Part shown: piece by piece, positions 34,180-43,110 of the stretch
Position numbering within the stretch: position 1 is the first letter of the stretch
Layout of the letters: each line of letters starts with the position of its first letter
Source: a candidate division FCPU426 bacterium
GTDB lineage: Bacteria > Oederibacteriota > PGYV01 > Palsa-1178
Direction of reading: 5' to 3'
DNA: 43,110 nt
Assembly: GCA_003159495.1 (NCBI GenBank)
Contig: PLPI01000093.1
Coordinates: forward strand, 5,833 to 48,942
Made by a program: the position numbers and the translations under genes
Notes under the pieces: model-generated
What the model was told of the DNA's origin: nothing
Database searches by the model: none
What the model saw: the letters and a program-made list of their open reading frames with translations, nothing else

Positions 34180-35679
34180 TTAAAACTGCAGGTCGCAGTG
34201 AATGCCGCCCGCGCCCCACGGGTATTCGGCAACGGTCGTCACTTCGTATCCTGCCTTTTCAAATATGGCTTTTTGTTTTTCATAGAGGCTGTTTTTGGCG
34301 GACGCGGAATAATCCATTGCGGCCCAGAGATTATCCACGCACTGCATTAAATAATCATAGGCGCCCGTGCTGTATGACTGTTCCCACTGCTTTTCCGCGT
34401 CATTAAGCGCCCCGAAGGAGTCGTTCATTTTTGCCTGCGGCGCCGTATCGGCGTTATCATCCGCCAGGAACGGATATTTTCCCAGCAATACGCAAGACTT
34501 TCCGGTTTGCGGGTCCCTGTATTTTACCAGGTTTGCCGGCGACCTGACGGGATGGTCCGCAAATGGAACACGCAGGACATTATAACCCATCCGCCCGAGC
34601 TCCCCCGCTATTGCGTCATACTCAACCTGCCACCCTTTTATGACTGAAGGCGCGAAAACCTCCCCGGACACAAGGTCCCTTTTTTTCCACGGATTGTCAT
34701 ATGTGGGCACAAAGGCGTCAACTTTTTTTCCGGCGGACATGATCACCACCGACATATCAAGGTGGAATATTTCATCTGCGGCCAGTTCGGGCGAAAGGAG
34801 CATTTCTTCCGGGACAACGGCGGTTTTAATCCCGAATAAAGCGTCGGAATAGGCCTGCTTGACATCATCAATCATATCCTGGGAAAACGCGATGCCTTTT
34901 AAGGGATAACCCTTGGTCCTGAAAAAGTAATGATTTACCCTGTTCCTGCCCGTCAGGAACATGGCGCTTTTATTGTCGGGAGTAAGTACCACTTCCATGT
35001 CCCCGCCCTCGGAGCTCAGGGAATTTCCGAGTTTTAATATCGTAAAATATTCAGGATATGCTTTTGCCATGGCTTTTACTATGCCGAAGGAATCGTTGTA
35101 GTTGTCCGGGTCCGCGGCGATTATTATTTTTCCGTCCTTATCCACTCCAATGGGCTCGCTTGTGTCCTGCGCCCACACGAGGTCCGACGGCGCCTTAAAA
35201 AAATTAATGCGTTTTTTTATCCTCTCTTCGCTCCAGCCGCACCGGGATTTTAAATACCCCCTCATGAGCTCTTCCTCGCGGCCGCTTGCCCCCTTCACCT
35301 TTCCGTTTTCGGGCACGGCAATGAAGACGCGCGTATATTCGGGTATCATTTTCAGGATGTTTCCGTGGGATAACTCAAAGTTAAGCCGATAAAATTGTTC
35401 GTCAAGCGCCCTATATTCAGCTTCAGAGGCGGCTTTTTTTGCATCCTTTATCGGCGGCAGAAAATAATATTCCCCGTTGTCGGGCCATATGCCGAGGACT
35501 ATAAATGAAAGGTTTCGCAGGGATTCCGGCACCACGGTTTCGCCGCTATTTCCACGCGGCATGCCGGGCGGGACAGGGCTTAGTGATTCACGTGAAAATA
35601 AATCAGGGGCAATAAATACAAAAGCCGTCAAAATCAAAATTACACGCAGCCGGTTTACGGTCATTTTAAACACTCTCAT
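34180..35679 (-). CDS. Exported pentein-fold deiminase (protein-arginine/agmatine deiminase-like)
   Basis: N-terminal signal/TM; WAQD, SEGGD, FHLD and C-terminal GGIHC, the Asp-His-Asp-Cys catalytic set. Confidence 0.75.
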   Translation of the reverse strand: MRVFKMTVNRLRVILILTAFVFIAPDLFSRESLSPVPPGMPRGNSGETVVPESLRNLSFIVLGIWPDNGEYYFLPPIKDAKKAASEAEYRALDEQFYRLNFELSHGNILKMIPEYTRVFIAVPENGKVKGASGREEELMRGYLKSRCGWSEERIKKRINFFKAPSDLVWAQDTSEPIGVDKDGKIIIAADPDNYNDSFGIVKAMAKAYPEYFTILKLGNSLSSEGGDMEVVLTPDNKSAMFLTGRNRVNHYFFRTKGYPLKGIAFSQDMIDDVKQAYSDALFGIKTAVVPEEMLLSPELAADEIFHLDMSVVIMSAGKKVDAFVPTYDNPWKKRDLVSGEVFAPSVIKGWQVEYDAIAGELGRMGYNVLRVPFADHPVRSPANLVKYRDPQTGKSCVLLGKYPFLADDNADTAPQAKMNDSFGALNDAEKQWEQSYSTGAYDYLMQCVDNLWAAMDYSASAKNSLYEKQKAIFEKAGYEVTTVAEYPWGAGGIHCDLQF

Positions 35680-35790
35680 TCCTGAATGTAAAAAATCATA
35701 TTCACTATAACGAGCCGCTAATATTCAGGCTTGAATATGACAACACAAACGGGCAAAAGTTTCTTGTTTTTAGAAACAGGGAAGGCAGAA

Positions 35791-38700
35791 TTATCCAATC
35801 TCCACCCTTACGTTATGGTCAACCCTGTCGTCGTGAAGCTCTATGTGCTTTTCCGGCATAACCGCGCCGTCTATTGCCACAGACAATACCCCATCCCCGG
35901 CTCCGGATCTTTCGATTGTTATATGGTAAAAGGTTTCCCTGTACCTGTAATGCAGTTTGAATGACGGCCAGTCGTCCGGCAGGCACGGGTCAAAATAAAG
36001 GCGCCCCGCGGATATCCTTAACCCGAGCATATATTTCACGACCAGCTGGTACATCCAGGAAGCCGATCCGGTGTACCACGTCCAGCCTCCGCGCCCCGCG
36101 TTGTTCTTTTCCGAGTAAACATCGGCGGCCAGAACATACGGCTCTACCTTGTAAACGGCGCTTTTTGCGTTCGTCGCGCCGTGGCCCACTGGATTGATAA
36201 GCCCGAGCAGTTCCCACGCCCGCTTTTTATCCTTTAACATGGCAAAAGCCATCACCGTCCATACCGCCGCGTGCGTATACTGCCCGCCGTTCTCCCTTAC
36301 TCCGGGCAGGTATCCCCTAATATAACCCGGGTTGGGTCCGGTTTTATCAAATGGCGGTTCGAATATTTTTATCAGGGCGTTTTTCCTGTCGACAAGGCGC
36401 GCATCCACATTCTCCATCGCGGCTTTTGCCCTTGCCGGGTCGGTGAGCCCCGATATTACAGCCCATGACTGCGGCAGGGAGTCTATGACGCACTCGACGC
36501 TCTGCGCCGAACCCATTTTTTCGCCGCTGTCAAAATATGCGCGCAGATACCACCCGCCGTCCCACGCGCCTTCATCGATGTTGGCCGCCAGTTTTTCCGC
36601 TTCCCCTGTGAATTTTTCCGATGCCGCGTTATCCCCGCGCGCAGAAGCGATGCCGGCCATTGATTTAAGCGTCATCGCCAGGAAAAACGCGAGCCATACG
36701 CTTTCCCCTTTGCCTTCGGGACCCACAAGGTTCATGCCGTCGTTCCAGTCGCCGCTCCCGATAAGCGGCAGTCCGTGCGCCCCAAAATTCAATCCGTGCT
36801 CGACGGCGGCGGCGCAGTGCTCATAGAGCGTCCCGGACGACGCCGAGACCGACGGTTCGCCGTAATACGATTCCTCGCCCGTTTTTACACGGGGACCCTC
36901 GAGATAATTCACTTTTTCATCCATGATGCCGGTGTCGCCCGTTTCGTCCACATAAGCGCACGCCGCGAACGGCAGCCATAAATAATCATCGGAACATCTG
37001 CTGCGTATGCCGCGGCCCGACGGCGGATGCCACCAGTGCTGGACATCGCCCTCCACAAACTGGCGCGACGCAAAAAACAAAAGTTTTTCCCTTATCATGG
37101 GCGGGTCCGAATGCGTCAGCGACATGACGTCCTGCAGCTGGTCCCTGAAACCGTACGCGCCCCCGGACTGGTAATAACCGCTGCGCCCGAGCAGGCGGCA
37201 CGATATGGTCTGGTACTGGAGCCATCCGTTCACAAGAAAATTTAACGACTGGTCCGGCGTTTCAACGTATATCACACCCAGCGTCCTTTTCCAGTATTCC
37301 CAGACGTTTTCAAGCTCATGGCGGACGGATTCAACCCCGTTAAAACGGCGCAATATGCCGCGCGCGTCATCTGCCCCGGAGCCGGAACCGAATGTGAACA
37401 CAACCTCTTTTTCCTCGCCGTCGCCGATATCCAGAAAGATTTGCACGGCCGCGCACGGGTCAAAACCCGCGCCGGTCTTTCCGGAGAGCCTGTCCCTTGA
37501 CATGGCCGTGGGCGATGCCATGGTGCCGTTCCTGCCTATAAATTCAGCCCGGTCGCCGCTGACATAACGCGCCGGTTCGCTTACATCCAGGAAAACCACC
37601 CTTCCCGGAAAATCCTTGTTGTAATGGTTATAAGCAAGCAGGGCCCCGCTTTTCGGGTCTATTTCCGTGACTATATGCATCTGGTATTTGTCCCTGTGTG
37701 TGCCCATTACAAGTTCATTATAATTTGAAACGGAGACTTTCCTGGCGCGGCCGGAGATGTTCCTTAATTTAAGGATTGAGAACTTTACCGGATGTTCCAG
37801 CGGCACAAAAACGGTCAGCTCCGAAACGAGCCCCTGTTCAACATGTTCAAAAACACTGTAACCGAAGCCGTGCCTTGACACATAGCGTGTTTCGCCCTCC
37901 GCCGGAAGCGGTGAAGGCGACCAGAATTTTCCCGTCTCCTCGTCGCGTATATACATGGCCTCGCCGCTCGCGTCCGTCACCGGGTCGTTTTTCCACGGCG
38001 TCAGGCGGAACTCATGGGCGTTCTCGCTCCACGTATATGACCCGCCCGACTCGGTAATAACTGCTCCGAAATTTTTATTGGCGAGCACGTTCGACCACGG
38101 CGCCGGAGTGCGCATACCGCCGTCTGTTGTGATGACATATTCACGCCCGTCGCCGGTAAACCCGCCGAAACCGTTAAAATAAGCCAGGTCCGCGCGCCTC
38201 GGAGTCTCTTCGCCGGGTTTTTCCTGCGCGGGCCTCCTGCTAGCGGCCAGCCTGGGCCGCAGGATGCCCTGGTGCGAAATACGCTCAAGCTGTTCGGAGA
38301 GTGTGCCGCCCCTGTCTGTGATTATGATGCGCGCCACGGTCTGCATTAGTATCTTATCCTCTTCCGACATCTGGTCCGAGCGCCGTAAAAATATCCCGCC
38401 GCTGGTATTCGGCGCGCTGCCGGAAACATTTTCTGCTATCAGCCTGTTTATTTTTTCACTCATGGCGTCCCTGTAAACAGAGAAATCTTCGTTCCATATT
38501 ACAAGATCCGCCGCCAGGCCGTTCATGCGCCAGTACGAATGCGCGTGGACCATGCTGGTTATAAGTTCCAGATTTTCCCTGTCCTCAATCCTCACGAGCA
38601 CGATTGGCAGGTCGCCCGATATGCCGTAACCCCACAAATCGGACTGGCCCCTGAAATTGCGCCTCAGGATGCTTGCGTTTGCCCTCCATGCCGGATTTGA

Positions 38701-41700
38701 AAATATGACCGCGCTGGCGAGCCTGCCGTATAGCTGTGCGTCCGCTTCGGTCGCGTTTATCTGCTGGAGCGCCACCTGCCCGTGTATCCAGGCGAGGTTA
38801 AAGACCCTGTCCGCAAGATTGCGGTCGCGGTACTTTTCCATTAATTTAAGGGCTTCGCCCCTGTCGGCGCATATGCCGGTTACATAATCAACCACGGCGG
38901 TCTCGTCGGGGTCAAGCTCCACCGTACAGCGTATCGACACCGACGGGTCAAGCACATCGCCTTCGCTGCCGGAGAGCGGGCCGTGCTTTTGCATCGCGTC
39001 CGGATTTGCGGCCGTATTATACCTGCCCAGGAACCTGGAACGGTCCGTTTCGTATGAAGCCGGGATTTTTGTCGTGCCGTGCACCGCCATCAGATGCATC
39101 ATGACTGGAAATTTTTCGCTTTCCGACCTCGGCCGTCTCGAGCATAGCACGGCCTGGTACTGCCTGATTATTTCCGTCTGGACAAAAAGGTTGCTGAAAG
39201 ATGTATGGGACAAATCCGCGGCCTGGTAATTCAGAACGGCCCCGGCAAAGCTTGTAACCTCGATGGAGCGCCTTTCCCGCGACCTGTTTGTTATGCTCAC
39301 CCTGCGCAGTTCTATGTCATCTTCCGGGGAAACGGCTATCTCGGTATGCGTGTCGATAAGATTGTCCCTGCGCTTGAATTCCGCGCGCGAGCGCGAAAAA
39401 ACAGCCTCGTAATGTTTCGGCCTTTTCAGGGCTGGCTGGAACGCGGAGGACCAAAATTCGCCCGAGCGCGTGTCACGCAGGTAAATAAACGTACCCTCGT
39501 TGTCAAGCTGAGCGTCCTCGCGCCACCTTGTGACCGCAATATTTTTCCAGCGGCTGTATCCGCCGCCGGAGCTGGTTACCATGACGCTGTAGTTCCCGTT
39601 TGAGAGCAGGTGTGTCTCGGGCATCGGAGTGTCCGGATTTGTGTATACGCGCAGAAGCGCCTCCCTCTCTTCGGCGTTCCTGAACGGCCCGGTAACTTCC
39701 GTGTCGTATAGATACGGCACATCGTCGGCCACCCTTTCCTGCAGAAGCATTTCAGTGGCCTTAAATCCCGGGTCGGAAAGAAAACGCCTCTGCATCGGCC
39801 TGTCAAGCAGGGCATATGCGTATGATAAAAGGGTCATTCCCTGGTGGTGAGCCATATATGATTTGATCACGGCCCGCGTCTGGTCGGGTGCGAGCCTTGA
39901 CGGAGTATAATCCACCGCCTCATAAAAACCGAACTCTCCCGAAAGCCCCATTGAATGCATATGCTGGAGGTTCCCGCACGCTTTTCCCGGATCAACCATG
40001 AGCGCAAGCGCTCCGGCGTAAGGCGCAATCACAAGATCCTCCGCAAGACCGCGCTTAAATCCCGTATCCGGAACCCCGAACGACCTGTACTGATACGACA
40101 TGGACTGGTCAAGTTTATTGTATCCCGATTCTGATATACCCCACGGCACGTTATTGCGCGACGCGTATTCCATCTGGCGGGTCAAAACCGATTTATATGT
40201 CCTGTCAAGAAGCGTGCCGTCGTAATTCGGCATTACAAGCAGGGGCATCAGGTATTCAAACATCGAACCGCCCCATGAAACCAGCACCGGGTCGCCGCCG
40301 TGCTTTGATATTAGCCTGCCGAGCATGAACCAGCTTTCCTGGGGCATCCTGCCCTGCGCTATCGCCACAAAGGTGCTGAGCCTGGACTCGGATGCCAGCA
40401 GATCGTAATACGACGGGTCGGCCCTGTGCGCGCCGGTATTATACCCTATGGAAAGAAAATGGGTTTCCCTGTTGAAAATAAAATCATATTCCACATCCGA
40501 CATTTCGCCGCATAAAAGCGCGGCGTAATCAACCGCGTTCATCCTTTCGCTCGCGCGTGTGGATGCTTCCCTTACGGCTTTTTTCAGGGCTTCAAACCAA
40601 TCCCTGTATCTGCCGTTCTCATCTTCGGCCGGCGAAATATTGCCAATTATCAGGTCGATTACGGGAACGAACTTTTGTTCGAGCCTGGCGGCGCCGCTTA
40701 GGGTTGGAATCGAGTCAAGTTTTCCAAATTCCTCCCTGAGCCCGGAGAGCCTTTCCTTTTGTTCCGCGCCCCCGTGTTCCCACATGCCCGGAATGTCCGG
40801 CGGCAAAAGTATCCACGGCGCAATAAATGACATGTCCTCGAGGTGGTCATAGCATTGTTTCTCGAATGCATGCGCCCACTTTTTTGTTTTGACAAACCCG
40901 CTATGCCCCTGCGCGGGAATCATTTTTGAAATGTCCGTGGAAAGCTGGCGCAAAAGCGTATGGCTTTCCGAAAGGCAGTCCGGGGCAGCCGCGAGCTTTT
41001 CCCTGAAACGGCTTATCCATTCCGCGGGTTTGCGCGCGTCAGGCCCGGGATTTTCCGCGTTACCATGCTGTTCCGACATCAAGCTCTCATCAAGAATTTC
41101 CAGAGTGTCGGAAAGGCCGTCGAATATCCTTGATGACACTATCTTTGTCTCCTTAAGTTCAAACAACCCCGAGCGCAGAACCAGAAGGTGCCCGCACAGG
41201 TTGCCGCTGTCAACCGACGAAACATACTGCGGCTCAAGGGGCTTTAATGTTTTTGTATCGTACCAGTTGAAAAAATGGCCCTTGTACCTGGCCATGGTGT
41301 TCATTACATTTATGGATTTCTGCGAACGGTTCAGCAGCAAACCCGCCGATATATATCCGAAATCAAATGCCGCAAGGCTGGAAAGCAGGGATAGCCCCAT
41401 ATTAGTCGGGGATGTCCTGTGTGCCGCCCCCGAGGCCGGGTCCTCCTGAAAATTGTCCGGCGGAAGCCAGTTGTCATGCGCCGTCACAAAAGTCTCAAAA
41501 AAATTCCAAGTCCTGCGCGCCTGTCTTCTGAGAAAAGCCGCCTCCTGTCCCGAGAGCACCGTCCTTTTTGACACGGACAGAAGGCTGATAAAATAGGCCG
41601 CAACCGGCGAGAAGATCCACATAGCCATCAATAAGAGCGAGAACGGGTCATACGCGGCCCTGCCGGCGGCTATGACAGCAGCGACAATAAGCGGCCCGAT

Positions 41701-43110
41701 ATACATACGCTGGTAAAACTGTACGGGATTCTTTTTGGCCCGCAGTTCTGATTCCCATGATGTGGTCCACTGCAGCAGCCTGTGCCGCGTGATATGCTTT
41801 CGCCAGAAGGTGGTAGCGGCCGCCCCCGTGGAAAAATAGGCCTCATATATTATAAATGACAATGATATAAAAAACTGCGCCGCGTTTTTGACAAGCGCGT
41901 AAAAAACAGAGGTTAAGTGCGCCATACCTCCAACGCCAGCCGGTTTTCTGAGCATGGAGGCCATGGTAATAAAAGGAATCGGCAAACCCGCCAGGATTAT
42001 TACAGCCGCGGTCCAGGCCGCGGTATTTTTTAAAACCAGCCATCCGGAAACAATCAGGAACACCACGGAGACCGGGACCAGCGACCGCCTTAAATTATCC
42101 AGTATTTTCCACCTGGAAAGTATTGAAACCGGATTCGCATTTTTTTTGTTCCCCGGCCCCGGGACCTTCGGGAACATCCATGCCGACACCTGCCAGTCGC
42201 CTCGTATCCAGCGGCGCCTGCGGCTGACTTCCTTTAAATACGCCGACGGAAATTTTTCATACAACTGCACATCGGTCACGAGCCCGGAGCGGGCGTAACA
42301 CCCCTCGAGCATATCATGGCTTAAAATCAGGTTTTCGGGCATGCGCCCCTTCAGACAGAGCTCAAAAGCGTCAACCGAATAAAGCCCCTTGCCTATGTAC
42401 GACCCCTCATTAAAAAGGTCCTGATAAACGTCCGATACCGCCCGGGTATAAGGGTCAATGCCCGTTTCCCCTCCAAAAAGCTTCACAAACGCGGATGGTG
42501 TTTCGCCCGGATATCCCGCCTCGACGCGCGGCTGGAGAATTCCGTATCCGGATACCACGCGTTTTTTCTTTTCATCGAAGACCGGCCTGTTAAGCGGGTG
42601 GGAAATTACCGCCGCAAGCTCGCGCGCCGCGTTGCGCGGCATCACGGTGTCGGCGTCCAGCGTTATTACATTTTTCACGTCCTGCAGGCGCGAGATATCG
42701 CCCGTGATGCGGACGAACGCCTCTTTACCGGACCCGCGCAGCAGCGCGTTCAGGTCCGCTATCTTGCCCCTTTTTCTTTCATATCCCATCCACGACATTT
42801 CGCCTGTGTTCCATTTACGGGCGCGGTGAAGAAGAAAAAAAATATCCCCGTTCCCGGCGCCGTATTTGCCGTTAAGCCTGGTTATCCCGGCGGAGGCCTG
42901 TTCAAGCAGGACCCCGTCGCCTGCCATTGTTTCCTCCGGTGCGTCTGTAAAATCCGTAATCATGGCGAAATCAATGTTCCCGTCCCTGTTGGCCAAAAAG
43001 CATACTTCTATATTTTCAAGCATCGCGGATACGCCGGTTTTGCCGGACAACAGTGACGGAAATACCACAAGGGTATGCGCGGAGCGCGGTATGCCCGCTG
43101 TAAAATCCAT
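35791..43110 (-). CDS. ndvB: Cyclic beta-1,2-glucan synthase (Cgs/NdvB/ChvB; GT84 + GH94), 5' end outside the window
   Basis: WMGYERKRGK, ITLDADT, SHDMLEG, RRWIRGDWQ, PPDNFQE...RTSPTN, YDLLASESR, SWGGSMFEYLMP, PWGISES; GH94 motifs YQSGGAYGFRDQLQD, GDWNDGMN, RENGGQYTH, GWTWYTGSA. Confidence 0.97.
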   Translation of the reverse strand: MDFTAGIPRSAHTLVVFPSLLSGKTGVSAMLENIEVCFLANRDGNIDFAMITDFTDAPEETMAGDGVLLEQASAGITRLNGKYGAGNGDIFFLLHRARKWNTGEMSWMGYERKRGKIADLNALLRGSGKEAFVRITGDISRLQDVKNVITLDADTVMPRNAARELAAVISHPLNRPVFDEKKKRVVSGYGILQPRVEAGYPGETPSAFVKLFGGETGIDPYTRAVSDVYQDLFNEGSYIGKGLYSVDAFELCLKGRMPENLILSHDMLEGCYARSGLVTDVQLYEKFPSAYLKEVSRRRRWIRGDWQVSAWMFPKVPGPGNKKNANPVSILSRWKILDNLRRSLVPVSVVFLIVSGWLVLKNTAAWTAAVIILAGLPIPFITMASMLRKPAGVGGMAHLTSVFYALVKNAAQFFISLSFIIYEAYFSTGAAATTFWRKHITRHRLLQWTTSWESELRAKKNPVQFYQRMYIGPLIVAAVIAAGRAAYDPFSLLLMAMWIFSPVAAYFISLLSVSKRTVLSGQEAAFLRRQARRTWNFFETFVTAHDNWLPPDNFQEDPASGAAHRTSPTNMGLSLLSSLAAFDFGYISAGLLLNRSQKSINVMNTMARYKGHFFNWYDTKTLKPLEPQYVSSVDSGNLCGHLLVLRSGLFELKETKIVSSRIFDGLSDTLEILDESLMSEQHGNAENPGPDARKPAEWISRFREKLAAAPDCLSESHTLLRQLSTDISKMIPAQGHSGFVKTKKWAHAFEKQCYDHLEDMSFIAPWILLPPDIPGMWEHGGAEQKERLSGLREEFGKLDSIPTLSGAARLEQKFVPVIDLIIGNISPAEDENGRYRDWFEALKKAVREASTRASERMNAVDYAALLCGEMSDVEYDFIFNRETHFLSIGYNTGAHRADPSYYDLLASESRLSTFVAIAQGRMPQESWFMLGRLISKHGGDPVLVSWGGSMFEYLMPLLVMPNYDGTLLDRTYKSVLTRQMEYASRNNVPWGISESGYNKLDQSMSYQYRSFGVPDTGFKRGLAEDLVIAPYAGALALMVDPGKACGNLQHMHSMGLSGEFGFYEAVDYTPSRLAPDQTRAVIKSYMAHHQGMTLLSYAYALLDRPMQRRFLSDPGFKATEMLLQERVADDVPYLYDTEVTGPFRNAEEREALLRVYTNPDTPMPETHLLSNGNYSVMVTSSGGGYSRWKNIAVTRWREDAQLDNEGTFIYLRDTRSGEFWSSAFQPALKRPKHYEAVFSRSRAEFKRRDNLIDTHTEIAVSPEDDIELRRVSITNRSRERRSIEVTSFAGAVLNYQAADLSHTSFSNLFVQTEIIRQYQAVLCSRRPRSESEKFPVMMHLMAVHGTTKIPASYETDRSRFLGRYNTAANPDAMQKHGPLSGSEGDVLDPSVSIRCTVELDPDETAVVDYVTGICADRGEALKLMEKYRDRNLADRVFNLAWIHGQVALQQINATEADAQLYGRLASAVIFSNPAWRANASILRRNFRGQSDLWGYGISGDLPIVLVRIEDRENLELITSMVHAHSYWRMNGLAADLVIWNEDFSVYRDAMSEKINRLIAENVSGSAPNTSGGIFLRRSDQMSEEDKILMQTVARIIITDRGGTLSEQLERISHQGILRPRLAASRRPAQEKPGEETPRRADLAYFNGFGGFTGDGREYVITTDGGMRTPAPWSNVLANKNFGAVITESGGSYTWSENAHEFRLTPWKNDPVTDASGEAMYIRDEETGKFWSPSPLPAEGETRYVSRHGFGYSVFEHVEQGLVSELTVFVPLEHPVKFSILKLRNISGRARKVSVSNYNELVMGTHRDKYQMHIVTEIDPKSGALLAYNHYNKDFPGRVVFLDVSEPARYVSGDRAEFIGRNGTMASPTAMSRDRLSGKTGAGFDPCAAVQIFLDIGDGEEKEVVFTFGSGSGADDARGILRRFNGVESVRHELENVWEYWKRTLGVIYVETPDQSLNFLVNGWLQYQTISCRLLGRSGYYQSGGAYGFRDQLQDVMSLTHSDPPMIREKLLFFASRQFVEGDVQHWWHPPSGRGIRSRCSDDYLWLPFAACAYVDETGDTGIMDEKVNYLEGPRVKTGEESYYGEPSVSASSGTLYEHCAAAVEHGLNFGAHGLPLIGSGDWNDGMNLVGPEGKGESVWLAFFLAMTLKSMAGIASARGDNAASEKFTGEAEKLAANIDEGAWDGGWYLRAYFDSGEKMGSAQSVECVIDSLPQSWAVISGLTDPARAKAAMENVDARLVDRKNALIKIFEPPFDKTGPNPGYIRGYLPGVRENGGQYTHAAVWTVMAFAMLKDKKRAWELLGLINPVGHGATNAKSAVYKVEPYVLAADVYSEKNNAGRGGWTWYTGSASWMYQLVVKYMLGLRISAGRLYFDPCLPDDWPSFKLHYRYRETFYHITIERSGAGDGVLSVAIDGAVMPEKHIELHDDRVDHNVRVEIG

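Overview
Bacterial chromosomal window from a diderm, polysaccharide-degrading organism. The gene style (Thr-rich secreted CAZymes, SpoVG plus outer-membrane barrels) suggests a candidate-phylum lineage such as Ca. Goldiibacteriota, but this is inference only. Most genes are on the minus strand. Main contents: (i) four large secreted glycoside hydrolases (GH5+CBM9-like, GH74-like, GH8+CBM3-like, clan GH-A+discoidin+CBM11-like), all ending in a T-x-T stalk and a shared ~95-aa 'YP[N/D/S]..Y[T/S]....L[I/V]..[N/T/S]G[L/I]Y' C-terminal domain resembling a T9SS sorting signal; (ii) an AT-rich accessory tract downstream of tRNA-Gln(TTG), about 11.8-17.0 kb, with a 5'-truncated Rhs-Ntox44 toxin, candidate immunity gene, PQQ-propeller and NERD fragments, an unannotated 58-aa ORF, an HTH-RhuM-Fic gene and a four-helix-bundle pseudogene, with several junctions marked by a repeated GTGTCGGACC..TTGACT motif; (iii) a two-component cluster with an embedded spoVG, an arsR-acr3-arsC operon and a DinB gene; (iv) two copies of a ~190-bp doubly inverted-repeat element with compensatory substitutions, one carrying a nested 37-bp palindromic insert; (v) small RHH-like and Zn-ribbon-like ORFs beside tRNA-Gln(CTG); (vi) a secreted PAD-like pentein and a partial cyclic beta-1,2-glucan synthase. 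All family calls come from motifs read by eye; no searches were run.
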